Below are positions 12,790 through 31,619 of a stretch of DNA of 64,000 bases, piece by piece (the first letter of the stretch is position 1; each line of letters begins with the position of its first letter). The stretch comes from the human T2T-CHM13v2.0 reference genome, Homo sapiens: NCBI RefSeq assembly GCF_009914755.1, contig NC_060942.1. The stretch is one strand, 5' to 3'. The notes beneath the pieces are model-generated. The model worked only from the letters and a program-made list of their open reading frames with translations. It was not told the DNA's origin and ran no database searches. The position numbers and the translations under genes are program-made.

Positions 12790-13235
12790 TATATTAGTCA
12801 GGGTTTTCTTAGAGGAACAGAACTAATAGGATGTATACATATATTATATATAAAGGGGAGTCTATTAAGTATTAACTTATAGGATCACAAGGTCCCAAAA
12901 TGGGCTGTCTGCAAGCTGAGGAGCAAGAAGAGCCAGTCCGAGTGCCAAAACTGAAGAACTTAGAGTCCAATGTTCAAGGAGAGGAAGCATCCAACACAGG
13001 AGAAAGATATAGGCTGGGAGGCTAGGCCCATCTCTCCTTTTCTCGTTTTTCTGCCTGCTTTATATTCACTGGAAGGTTGTTAGATTGTACCCACCAGAAT
13101 AAGGGTGGATCTGCCTTCCCCAGCCCACTGATTCAAATGTAAAACTCTTTTGGCAACACCTACACAGACACACCCAGGATCAATACTTTGTATCCTCCAA
13201 TCCAATCAAGTTGACACTCAGTATTAACCATCACA
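12790..13235 (-). mobile_element. MLT2A1 (HERV-L) solo LTR
   Basis: TATATTAGTCAGGGTT...GTTGACACTCAGTATTAACCATCACA; perfect 5-bp TSD ACTGC (12785-12789 / 13236-13240). Confidence 0.9.
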
Positions 13236-13665
13236 ACTGCAGAGGCCTTGCCTCTATCCATCTAGTCAGCTGTGTCTCCTACTCAGCTCTCTTTGGTACT
13301 CTGTAACTCAGTCATTTGGCCCATCTACCTCTCAATGCTGCGTATTCCTGCCTCATCATCTCCACACTTCTCTTGCCTAGATTACTCTATTTTGGGTCGT
13401 TTTACATGCCTAGGCCTTCTTTTTTTTTTTCTTTTTTTTCTTTTTATTATTATTATTATTATTATACTTTAAGTTTTAGGGTACATGTGCACAATGTGCA
13501 AGTTAGTTACATATGTATACATGTGCCATGCTGGTGCGCTGCACCCACTAACTTGTCATCTAGCATTAGGTATATCTCCCAATGCTATCCCTCCCCGCTC
13601 CCCCCACCCCACAACAGTCCCCAGAGTGTGATGTTCCCCTTCCTGTGTCCATGTGTTCTCATTGT

Positions 13666-17730
<4,065 letters not shown>

Positions 17731-18747
17731 ATGGGGAAAAAACAGAACAGAAAAACTGGAAACTCTAAAACGCAGAGCGCCTCTCCTCCTCCAAAGGAAC
17801 GCAGTTCCTCACCAGCAACAGAACAAAGCTGGATGGAGAATGATTTTGACGAGCTGAGAGAAGAAGGCTTCAGACGATCAAATTACTCTGAGCTACGGGA
17901 GGACATTCAAACCAAAGGCAAAGAAGTTGAAAACTTTGAAAAAAATTTAGAAGAATGTATAACTAGAATAACCAATACAGAGAAGTGCTTAAAGGAGCTG
18001 ATGGAGCTGAAAACCAAGGCTCGAGAACTACGTGAAGAATGCAGAAGCCTCAGGAGCCGATGCAATCAACTGGAAGAAAGGGTATCAGCAATGGAAGATG
18101 AAATGAATGAAATGAAGCGAGAAGGGAAGTTTAGAGAAAAAAGAATAAAAAGAAATGAGCAAAGCCTCCAAGAAATATGGGACTATGTGAAAAGACCAAA
18201 TCTACGTCTGATTGGTGTACCTGAAAGTGATGTGGAGAATGGAACCAAGTTGGAAAACACTCTGCAGGATATTATCCAGGAGAACTTCCCCAATCTAGCA
18301 AGGCAGGCCAACGTTCAGATTCAGGAAATACAGAGAACGCCACAAAGATACTCCTTGAGAAGAGCAACTCCAAGACACATAATTGTCAGATTCACCAAAG
18401 TTGAAATGAAGGAAAAAATGTTAAGGGCAGCCAGAGAGAAAGGTCGGGTTACCCTCAAAGGAAAGCCCATCAGACTAACAGCGGATCTCTCGGCAGAAAC
18501 CCTACAAGCCAGAAGAGAGTGGGGGCCAATATTCAACGTTCTTAAAGAAAAGAATTTTCAACCCAGAATTTCATATCCAGCCAAACTAAGCTTCATAAGT
18601 GAAGGAGAAATAAAATACTTTATAGACAAGCAAATGCTGAGAGATTTTGTCACCACCAGGCCTGCCCTAAAAGAGCTCCTGAAGGAAGCGCTAAACATGG
18701 AAAGGAACAACCGGTACCAGCTGCTGCAAAATCATGCCAAAATGTAA
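17731..18747 (+). CDS. ORF1: LINE-1 ORF1p, 338 aa, full length (coiled coil, RRM, CTD)
   Basis: MGKKQNRK...NHAKM; REKG, ARR and YPAKLS motifs intact; apparent differences from recalled L1HS are D112N, S209L, I270V and P331L. Confidence 0.95.
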   Translation: MGKKQNRKTGNSKTQSASPPPKERSSSPATEQSWMENDFDELREEGFRRSNYSELREDIQTKGKEVENFEKNLEECITRITNTEKCLKELMELKTKARELREECRSLRSRCNQLEERVSAMEDEMNEMKREGKFREKRIKRNEQSLQEIWDYVKRPNLRLIGVPESDVENGTKLENTLQDIIQENFPNLARQANVQIQEIQRTPQRYSLRRATPRHIIVRFTKVEMKEKMLRAAREKGRVTLKGKPIRLTADLSAETLQARREWGPIFNVLKEKNFQPRISYPAKLSFISEGEIKYFIDKQMLRDFVTTRPALKELLKEALNMERNNRYQLLQNHAKM

Positions 18748-18786
18748 AGACCATTGAGACTAGGAAGAAACTGCATCAACTAATGA

Positions 18787-20727
<1,941 letters not shown>

Positions 20728-20790
20728 TATGATGTTAGCTGGTTATTTTGCTCGTTAGTTGATGCAGTTTCTTCCTAGTCTCAATGGTCT

Positions 20791-21229
20791 TTACATTTTG
20801 GCATGATTTTGCAGTGGCTGGTACTGGTTTTTCCTTTCCATGTTTAGTGCTTCCTTCAGGAGCTCTTTTAGGGCAGGCCTGGTGGTGACAAAATCTCTCA
20901 GCATTTGCTTGTCTGTAAAGTATTTTATTTCTCCTTCACTTATGAAGCTTAGTTTGGCTGGATATGAAATTCTGGGTTGAAAATTCTTTTCTTTAAGAAT
21001 GTTGAATATTGGCCCCCACTCTCTTCTGGCTTGTAGAGTTTCTGCCAAGAGATCCGCTGTTAGTCTGATGGGCTTCCCTTTGTGGGTAACCCGACTTTTC
21101 TCTCTGGCTGCCCTTAACATTTTTTCTTTCATTTCAACTTTGGTGAATCTGACAATTATGTGTCTTGGAGTTGCTCTTCTCGAGGAGTATCTTTGTGGTG
21201 TTCTCTGTATTTCCTGAATCTGAATGTTG
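20791..21229 (-). pseudogene. ORF1: Host L1 ORF1 C-terminal fragment, 5'-truncated
   Basis: ...MKEKMLRAAREK...QNHAKM; truncation at the TSD starting 21230. Confidence 0.9.
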
Positions 21230-21300
21230 TAGGCCTTCTTATTGTTAGAAAATTAGTTCAAGTGTCACCCCCTTACAGGGGTAAACACTGACCACTTTCT

Positions 21301-24010
21301 TTTTATTTTTTCTTCAACATTTAACTTCAGGGGTACATATGCAGGATGTGCAGGTTTGTTACATAGGTAAACATGTGCCATGGTGATTTGTGGCATAGAT
21401 CATCCTGTCACCAAAGTAGTAATCCCAGCATCCATCAGCTATTCTTCCTGATGCTCTCCCTCCCCCACCCCCACCCCACAGGCCCTGTGTGTGTTGTTCC
21501 CTTCCATGTGTCCATGTGGTCTCATTATCATCTATTTATTTAGCTCCCACTTATAAGTGAGAACTTGTGGTGTTTGGTTTTCTGTTCTTGTATTAGTTTG
21601 CTGAGGATGATGGCTTCCAATTCCATCCATGTGCCTGCAAAGGACATGATCTCATTCCTTTTTATGGCTGCATAGTATTCCTTGGTGTATATGTACCACA
21701 TTTTCTTTATCCAGTCTATTGTTCATGGGCATTTAGGTTGATTCTATGTCTTTGCTATTGTGAATAGTGCTGCAATTAACATATATGTGCATGTATCTTT
21801 ATAATAATATGATGTGTATTCCTTTGGGTATATACCAACTAATGGGATTAATGGGTCAAATGGTATTTCTGCCTCTAGGTTTTTAAGGAATTGCCACACT
21901 GTCTTCCATAATGGTTGAACTAATTTATACCCTTCCAACAGTGTAAAAGTGTTCCTTTTTCTCTGCTACCTTGGCAGCATCTGTTGTTTTTTGACTTTTT
22001 ATTAACCGCCATTCTGACTGGCATGGGAGGATATCTTACTGTGGTTCTTATTTGCATTTCTCTAATGATCAGTGATGTTGAGCTTTTTTTTCGTATGTTT
22101 GTTGGCTGCATGTATGTCTTCTTCTGAGACCTGTCTATTCATATCCTTTGCCCACTTTTTAATGGGGTTGTTTTTTCTTGTAGATTTGTTTAAGTTCCTT
22201 GCAGACTCTGGCTATTAGATCTTTGTCAGACAAATAGATTGCAAACATTTTCTCCCATTCTGTAGGTTGTCTGTTCACTCTGACAATAGTTTCTTTTGCT
22301 GTGCAGAAACACTTTAGTTTTATTAGATCCCATTTGCCAATTTTTGTTTTTGTTGCATTTGCTTTTGGTGTTTTCATCATGAAATCTTTGCCTACACCTG
22401 TGTCCTGAATGGTATTGCCTAGATTTTCTTCTAGGGTTTTTACAGTTTTGGGTTTTACATTTAAGTCTTTAATCCATCTTGACTTCATTTTTGTATGTGG
22501 TATAAGTTTCAAAGAATTCCCTGCTTGATAAATGGTACTGGGAGAACTGACTAGCACCATTTATTAAACAGGGAATCATTTCCCCATTGCTTGTTTTTGT
22601 CAGGTTTGTCGAAGATCAGATGTTTGTAGGTGTGTAGTCTTATTTCTGAGTTCTCTATTTTGTTCCATTGGTCTGCATGTCTGTTCTTGTACCAATACCA
22701 TGCTGTTTTGGTTACTGTAGCCTTACAGTATAGTTTGAAGTCAGTAGCATGATGTCTCCAGCTTTGTTCTTTTTGCTTACAAATGTCTTGGCTATTCTGG
22801 CTCTTTTTTTTGGTTCCATTGAATTTTAAAATAGTTTTCTCTAATTTTGTGAAGAATATCAGTGATAGTTTAATGGGAATAGCATTGAATTTATAAATTA
22901 GTTTGGGTAGTATGGCCATTTTCATGATACTGATTCTTCCTATCCACGAACATGGAATATTTTTCCATTTGTTTCTGTCCTCTATGATTTCTTCTGAGCA
23001 GTGGTTTATAGTTCTTTTTGAAGAGATCCTTCGCTTCTCTTGTTAGCTGTATTCCTAGGTATTTTATTCTTTTTTGTAGCACTGTGAATGGAGTTCATTC
23101 ATGATTTGGCTCTCTGCTTGACTTGTTGGTGTATAGGAATGCCAGCTATTTTTGCGCATTGATTTTGTATCCTAAGACTTTGCTAAAGTTGCTTATCAGC
23201 TTAAGAAGCTTTTGGACCAAGACAGTGGGGTTTTCTAGATATAGGATCATGTCATCTGCAAACAAAGATAATTTGACTTCCTCTCCTCCTATTTGGATGC
23301 CCTTTACTTTTATTTTTTTGGGGGGATGGGGGCAGAGGCAGAGTCTCACTCTGTTGCCTAGGCTAGAGTGCAGTGGTGTGACCTCGGCTCCCTGCAACCT
23401 CCACCTCCCAGATTCAAGCTATTCTCCTGCCTCAGCCTCCTGAGTAGCTGGGATTAACAGGCACCCGCCACCACACCCAGCTAATTTTTGTATTTTTAGT
23501 AGAGAACAGGTTTCACCATGTTGGCCAGGCTGGTCTTGAACTCCTGACCTCAAGTGATCCGCCCACCTCAGCCTCCCAAAGTGCTAGAAATCCTTTACAT
23601 CTTTCTCTTGCTTGATTGCCCTGGCCAGAATTTCTAATACTATGTTGAATAGGAGTGGTGAGAGAGGACATCCTTGTCTTGTGCCGGTTTTCAAGGGGAA
23701 TGCTTCCAGCTTTTGCCCATTCCGTATGATATTGGCTGTGAGTTTGTCATATATGGCTCTTATTATTTTGAGGTATGTTCCTTCAATACTTAGTTTATTG
23801 AGAGTTTTTAACATTAAGGAATGTTGAATATTATCTAAGGCCTTTTCTGCATCTATTGAGATAATCATGTGGTTTCTGTCTTTACTTCTGTTTATATGAT
23901 GAACCACATTTATTGATTTGCATATGTTGAACCAACCTTGTATCCAAGTGATGAAGCCTGCTTGATTGTGGTGGATTAGCTTTTTGATGCGCTGCTGGAT
24001 TTGGTTTGCC
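21301..24010 (-). mobile_element. Older 5'-truncated L1PA (about L1PA7-10) with degenerate ORF2 RT and C-terminal fragments
   Basis: ORF2 fragments (LFADD at about 23245-23265); degenerate 16-bp TSD ACACTGACCACTTTCT (21285-21300) / ACATTGACCGCTTTCT (24011-24026). Confidence 0.88.
23310..23586 (-). mobile_element. AluS (Sx/Sz-like), slightly 5'-truncated, inserted in L1 ORF2
   Basis: GAGTCTCACTCTGTTGCC...CTCAAGTGATCCGCCCACCTCAGCCTCCCAAAGTGCT; CCTTTAC repeated on both sides. Confidence 0.88.
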
Positions 24011-24845
24011 ACATTGACCGCTTTCTCAAAAAATGTGTTAAACAGTATGAAATCACTGATTTTTGACCATTCTTGACCTAAAATGACCTACAAATAGGTT
24101 AAACTCTCCTTACTACTCCTTCATTCCCCATCAGCACATCTTCCATACCATCTTAACTATTAAATATTGACATTATTTCATTTGCAATTATATGCGTATG
24201 TTGAGAATAATAGAATTCTTATGTTAGAAAGTAAGCTTCAAGAGTGTGGATACTCAGTCTTTCTTCTTCATTTCTGTATTCCCAGCACCATGTAGGTCCT
24301 CTTCAGGTAGTTGGTAGATGGTGTGTGAATGAAGACACTAGTAACACCAGACTCAGTGTGCCATCTTTCAGAGGGTTAATTTAGTTCTTTTATTTATTCT
24401 TTAATCTGCCAATGTACTATCTGTATATTGCAGGTATGGCTCTGTGTCAGAAATGACATATAGATTCTGTCTCTTGTCAGTGGGTTCTGTATGCTGCAGC
24501 ACTGTGTTGAAAAGGCCTCTGAAGCTGCCTTCAGACTCAGCAAAAAGAGTGCCATGATTGACCAGCAGTACCCTCCATGGGTAAGGTGTTTGCTGTTCCC
24601 ATTTCAAGGAATTTAACTGTGTGTAGAAAGTTTTGTCAGTGCAGATCAGGACAGTCTCAGCTTGCTGTCTAATTACAAGTTCATGGTGCTTTCCTGTCTC
24701 TGTGAAGCTGTCATACCTTCTTACATATGCACTTTGAAGGCCACTTACTGATATCCAGTGGGTTCTATGCAACTTACTTGAACATTTCCAATAGTATTTT
24801 TGTGCTTGAATTTTCAGTTTACTTAAAAAGCATAAAATATTCTAG

Positions 24846-25132
24846 GGCCTGGTGTGGTGGTTCACGCCTGTAATCCCAGCACTTTGGGAGGCTGAGGTGG
24901 GTGGATCACCTGAGTTCAGGAGTTTGAGACCAGACTGGCCAACATGGTGAATCCCTGTCTCAACTAAAAATACAAAAATTAGCTGGGCATGGTGGCGCAT
25001 GCCTGTAATCCCAGCTATTGGGGGGCTGAGTCAGGAGGATTGCTTGAACCTGGAAGGCAGAGGTTGCAGTGAGCCAAGATCGTGCCATCTCCAGCCTGGG
25101 CAACAGAGCTCAAAAAAAAAAAAAAAAAAAAG
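24846..25132 (+). mobile_element. AluS
   Basis: Dimeric Alu with poly(A); TSD AGCATAAAATATTCTA (24829-24844 / 25133-25148). Confidence 0.92.
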
Positions 25133-25351
25133 AGCATAAAATATTCTAATTAAGTCTCTAGATACTTTTAATATGACTGCCTAAAGTTCATTAAGACAAT
25201 TAGACATGTAATGCAAGACTGCTTTATATTACTAAGATAGGTCAGATACGACACATCTTTTTTTTTTTTTTATTTAGTAAGCTTCTTTAAATAGTTGTGG
25301 TTGCTTAACACCTTCTAGAAGTTACCCTAGGTTTTCTAGAATAAAAGGCTT

Positions 25352-25706
<355 letters not shown>

Positions 25707-27774
25707 TTACTGTAAGCTGCTTGTTGTTTTCAATTTATATCAACATGGAAAAATGCTCCAAAGCATATTATTAAATTAAAACATGGATTCTGTGATTGGA
25801 ACTGTTTAAATTGTGAATCCAATAGCCACTCAGTGAAAAAGACCTGGCCTGATGCATCATTCTCCCGAGACAGACCCCTTGAGAATTTTCTTTCCTCTTA
25901 ATTCTGATAGCCAAGTAAGTTGGGTTCAGGGAAAAAGTTAGTTATGAACACTCTGGGAACATTGTTTGGCATACTTAAACATGATGCAATATTGAAAATG
26001 AGTTGTCCAGCACACTCCTCTAGGCTCCTGTCCAGTTTCTAATTCGCATTCCCTAAGACAAAGGAGGCAGACGGCAAACCTGCCTTTGTCCAGCATTTCC
26101 CTGCAGGAGCTTGTGTCCCAGTCAGATTGGCATGCTCTTTTCCCAGCTGTAGCACGTGCCTTCCCTGTTCACTGCCACCACGCCAAGTAACCACCATTCA
26201 TACTCCATCTGAGATCTAAGCTTGCCCAAGGATCAGTGTGATTCATTTCACATAAACACCATTTCTGTCTCTTACCAGGTGCTCTGTGATGTTCACTTGT
26301 TTAACTGGCTAGGGCAGTGGAAAGCTTTCTCCAGCTGAGTGATCTCCCTATTCTCCCACTGTCTATAGGCCATCTATTTCATTTCTATTTTATCCTACTA
26401 CCTCGTAACATCTGTTCTATTTTGTAACCTAATGCCATAGAGTTTTTATGTTGCACTTATATTAGATTCTAACTTTTGATGTGCGTGCGCAGAACCATAG
26501 TCACTTTAACTAGATTCCATGTTCCTGGAAGCAGGAGAAGAATCATTCTTTGTATTTTCAAAACAGATAAAATAGGTAGCAGATTGCTAAGCATGTGGAA
26601 GTTTCTTGGTTAAATAATTGCAGAAGGATAGAAATAGAAGAAGAGAGAGATGGAACGAGGAAGGGAAAGGAAGAGGGAGGCAAAAGATAAAAGAAGACAG
26701 GATGTGGCTGTTCCTGAAACACCAGAGTCTGGTACAGTGCTTGTTTAAAAATAGATGCCAAAAACATGCTTGACTAATATAGAGAGATATTCTATCTTGC
26801 AAAAAGCATCCTAACGTTGCAAATCCGGTAATGCCCCTTTTAGTTCTCTATACCTCTCCATATATACAAAGCATCTCTTCAGATTCCACTTCCAAAAGGC
26901 AGATTCATAAGGATACCAATCCTAACTTAAAAACAAAGCCAATAATGTAAAAAAAAGGCATCAGTATATGGATTAATCTTCATTCATCTAACCTCCAGTG
27001 CTAATGGACCTCATCTTTAAGATGGTGCATATTTTATACCAATATTAACCACATAATCATTGATTTAGAAGTTACTTGTCAGATTTCAAATCTGATAACA
27101 AGGATCTCTTAAAATATAAGTATCGTAGAGTTGAAAATCAACAACTGACATTTAATTTTTTTTTATAGAAACACATGTATATATATTTTTAAGGAGAGAG
27201 ATCATCCAAGTAGAGGGATATTTTTAATTCAGTGAACTAAACTCCTTCTACTCCCAGGTACAGACAAACTGGCAGAATGAGATATTTCTGAAAAAAGGAG
27301 CCCCAGTAACCCTTGTGATCAGTGCACCATCAGGACAGATTCACAGGCTGTCCAGAATCCAGAGGAGGGAGCGTGTGTGTGTTGTGCATGCAGGTGTATC
27401 GGCTAGACTTTACAAATAAAAGTACACACTTCCAGGCAGGCGCTCTTGCAGTCCTAGTAGATGTGATTTCAGGGTCAAACAAGTCAAGTCCATCCACATT
27501 TATTGAGTGTTTAATGTGATGTTCAGGAGTGTGGCGAATACAAAAGAACTTGCAGCCCAGCATTTTATTTTGTGTGGGTGCAGCCTGTTAACACCTCCTC
27601 TTTTCCTTTAGGACACTGCTGTCACCCACCCACCCAAAGTAATGTCCCCATTTTACCTGGCCATTTGGAGATGTAAGTTTTTCCTCATAATTACAAAGGT
27701 ACTATCTGATCACTGCCAAAAATTTATTAGATACATAAAAACACACAAGCAAAATCAAACAATACACAATCTTT

Positions 27775-27934
27775 TTATTTATTCATTATTATCATTTTTT
27801 AACTTATTTAAAAAAATAAGATACAAGGTCTCACTATATTGCCCAGCCTGGTTTTGAACTTCTGGGCTTAAGTCATCTGCCTACCTTGGCCTCCCAAAGT
27901 GCTGGGATTGCAGGCGTGAGCCACTCGCCCAGCC
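27775..27934 (-). mobile_element. FLAM/AluJ left monomer
   Basis: GGTCTCACTATATTGCCCAG...GTGAGCCACTCGCCCAGCC; degenerate TSD AAACAATACACAATCTT / AAACAACACATAATCTT. Confidence 0.8.
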
Positions 27935-28062
27935 AAACAACACATAATCTTACCATTAACAAAACAGATCTGTTGTTCACATTATGGTGTTCGTCCTTCC
28001 AGTGTTTTTAAAATTTAAGATAATATGATTTTCATATACAATGTTGACATTCTGGTTTTAAA

Positions 28063-28227
28063 TGTATATATATACACACACATATATATTTCTATATATA
28101 TTTATATTCATATATAAGTAATAAATAAATATACATATTATATATAATATACTTACATATATAAATATAAATATATATGACTCCCTGTGTCCATATCTAT
28201 ATATATATACACACACATATATGCATT

Positions 28228-28259
<32 letters not shown>

Positions 28260-28272
28260 TAAAATATATATA
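28063..28272. repeat. (TA)n/(CA)n/(GA)n compound microsatellite
   Basis: Direct inspection. Confidence 0.9.
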
Positions 28273-28641
28273 TGAGGGCAGAGTGGTTTAGCTGATTATA
28301 AACTGGGATTACTGACATGATGGCATCCAACCCTCCAGTATCTGTTTTCATGAGCTGATATGATTGGAGACAAGTTGTGATCACAGGGTACTGGGGCAGA
28401 AGCAGAAAAGTAGGAAATGGAGACCTGAATGTGTTTGTTCGAGGTTTGAACTTCTCTAAGAAGTCCTTCCCTGTCCTTAGGTCACAAAGACAGTCTTCTG
28501 CATTGTCTTCTGATAACACTATAGCTTTTACGTTTCACATCTAATGTATCTAGTACTCATTTTGTATATGATGTCAGGGAGGAATTCGGCTTCCTTTTTC
28601 CCCAGTTAGTGAGCCAGCATCACAAACACCATCCACTAAAC

Positions 28642-29171
28642 AAGGGGTCCCCAGCCGCCAGGGCCATGGGCTGGTACTGGTCTGTGGCCTGTTAAGAACT
28701 GGGCCACACAGCAGGAAGTGAGCGGTGGGTGAGCAAGTGAAGCTTCATCTGTATTGATAGCCACTCTCCAACACTCACATTACCACCTGAGCTCTGCCTC
28801 CTATCAGATCAGCAGTAGCATTAGATTCTCTTAGGAGAACAAACCCTATTGTGAACTGCACATGTGAGGGGTCCAGGTTGTGTGCTCCTTGTGAGAATCT
28901 AATGCCTGATGATCTGTCACTGTCTCCCATCACCTCCAGATGGGACCATCTAGTCCCAGGAAAACAAGCTCAGAGCTCTCACTGATTCTATGTTAGGGTA
29001 GGTTGTATAATTGTTTCGTTATATATTACAATGTAATAATAATAGAAATAAAATGCACAGTAAATGTAATGCACTTGAATCATCCCGAAACCATCCCCCC
29101 ACTACTCCCAGTCTGGAAAAATTGCCTTACGTGAAACTGGTCCCTGGTGCCAAAAAGGTTGGGGACTGCTG
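28642..29171 (+). mobile_element. MER1A hAT-Charlie element, full length
   Basis: AGGGGTCCCCA...TTGGGGACTGCTG terminal inverted repeats; 8-bp TSD CACTAAAC / TACTAAAC. Confidence 0.9.
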
Positions 29172-31258
29172 TACTAAACAACTCATCCTTTCCCAGGGGA
29201 TTTACGAGGCTACAACTGCCATCTATGATGGAGCCATGGGCCTATCTGGATCTGTCTCTAAGCTCCCCATTTTGGCCAGTCTGTCTGTTCTTGCGTCAAT
29301 ATTGCATGCTATTATTACTGTGGCTTTATAATCTCTTAAGAAATCTGCTAGACAAATTCTCACACTTTACTCTTCTTTTTCAAAGTTGAGTTAGTTACTC
29401 TTGGATATTTGTTCTTCCATAGAAAATTTAATCTAAGATTATTGAGTTAAAAAATACACCGGAATTTTTATTAAGATTACATTTAATTTGTAGATTAATT
29501 TGGGGGAGAATTTACATCCTCATATTATATTATTCCATGACAAAACATGGAATGTCTTTGCATTTAATAATAAAATCTCCTATAGCTTTTAGTAAAGTTA
29601 AGCAATCTTCACCATATTGTAGTTTTTCAATATTATAAATATAAAAATTTCCAGACATATAGAAAATTTTTAGAAGTATAGTTAACACTTATATAACCCC
29701 CACCTAGATCCTGTCACTACTATTCTACATTTTATTTACCCAATAAAAGTTTGCATATCTATTCATCTATCTCTGTATCTGTTTATTAATTTATCTCATT
29801 TTGGGTGCATTTCAAAGTAAATTGTAGACATCAGTATACTTTCCCAATACTTGAGCATTTATATCCCTAAATAGAGGTCAACAATTATTCTGTTGATAAG
29901 TCCATTTATAGGAACATCCAAATGGACAAAGCTTATCCACAGTGAAAAAAATCATAACAATGAAATCATACAGTATATAGTTTTTTTGTGTAAAGCTTTT
30001 TTTCACTTGGCATAATGTTTTTTGAGATGCATCCATGGTCTTGCATCAGTAGAAATTAGTGACTTTTTATTGTCAATCAGTATTCCATTCTATGAATTTG
30101 TTATTCTTTTCTCTTATTGGTGGACACTTGAGCTATGTCCAGTTTTTTGGATTTTATGAATAAAGCTGCTATGAACATCCTTGTTCAAGTCTTTGGGTGA
30201 ACATATGTTTTCATTTCTTTTGGGTAAATAACCTAGACATGAAATGGCTGGAACATGGATTTATGTTTAGTTAGTTTTATAAAAATAAACTGTCAGAACT
30301 TTACCCAAAGTGGTTGTATTATTCTATATTCTCACCAAAATTAATGAAAGTTTTAATTGCTCTGCAACCTCAGCACACTTAATTTTGATATTTAAAAAAT
30401 ATAATTATCCATTTTGGCAGCATGTAGTGGTATCTCATTATGGTTTCAGTTTTCATTTTCCTGGTGATCTGTGGTGTATAACATTTTTTCTTGTGCTTAT
30501 TGACCATTTAAGTATCTTCTTTTGAGAAAGGTCTGCTCAAAACTTTTGTGGATTTTTTTTTGTAAAAAAATGGATAGGACATTTTCACTGAATATAGAAT
30601 TCTAGAGAGCCAGCTATTTTCTTTCAATACTTTATTATGACCTTGCATCTTCTTTTGGTTTCCGTTAGAAGTGAGGGGTTGATTTTAATGTTGTTCTTCT
30701 GAGAATAATATATCTTTTTTCTCTAGATGACTTAAAGATTTTTCTCTTGATTTTTGTTTTTCAGCACTTATAACTGAGATATGTTTTTGTATTTATTTGG
30801 AGAATTTCCTTAGAGCTTCTTGAATCTTGATGTTTTTACCATATGGAATTTTTTGGTTATTATATTTTTACATAGTTTTACTGTAACACTGAAAAATAAA
30901 ATTGTTGCTTTATCCATTTCTTCCTGATGTTCTGTCAGTGTTACTTGATATAGTTTAAGGCTGCATTTAGGTATATGGGTGCATATGAGTTCTATATTTT
31001 CTTCTTCTTCTTTCAACTGACTTACCAGACACCTCCTCTGAGTCCCTTTCATGTTTTTCATTTATATTATCTGTCAGATATTGATTACTTTTGCTTAAAA
31101 TTTGCTTCTTTTAACTTTTCCCATCCTTTCTCTGTCTTCTTTTAAAACATTCTCTTGCAGACAATATACTACTAACTTTTGTTCTTGTTAAGTCAAATCC
31201 GAAGATTTCCATCTTTTAATATGCAAGTTTAACCCATTTACATTTATTGATTACTATT

Positions 31259-31619
31259 TTTTTATTATACTTTTCATTCTAGGATACATGTGCAGAAAGA
31301 ACATGCAGTTTTGTTACATTGGTGTACATGTGCCATGGTAGTTTGCTGCACCTATCACCCTGTCATCTAGGTTTTAAGCCATGCATGCATTAGGTGTTTG
31401 TTGTAATGCTCTCCCTCCCCTTGTCCCCACCCCGCAATAAGCCCTGGTGTGTGATGTTCCCTCCCTGTGTCCATGTGTTCTCATTGTTCAACTCCCACTT
31501 ATGAGTGAGAACATGCGGTGTTTGGTTTTCTGTTCCTGTGTTAGTTTGCTGAGAAAGATGGTTTCCAGCTTCATCCATGTCCCTGCAAAGGGCATGATCT
31601 CATTCTTTTTTATGGCTGC
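31259..31619 (-). mobile_element. Short L1PA (about PA7-8) 3' end
   Basis: Antisense L1 3' UTR; 13-bp TSD ATTGATTACTATT (31246-31258 / 31620-31632). Confidence 0.88.
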
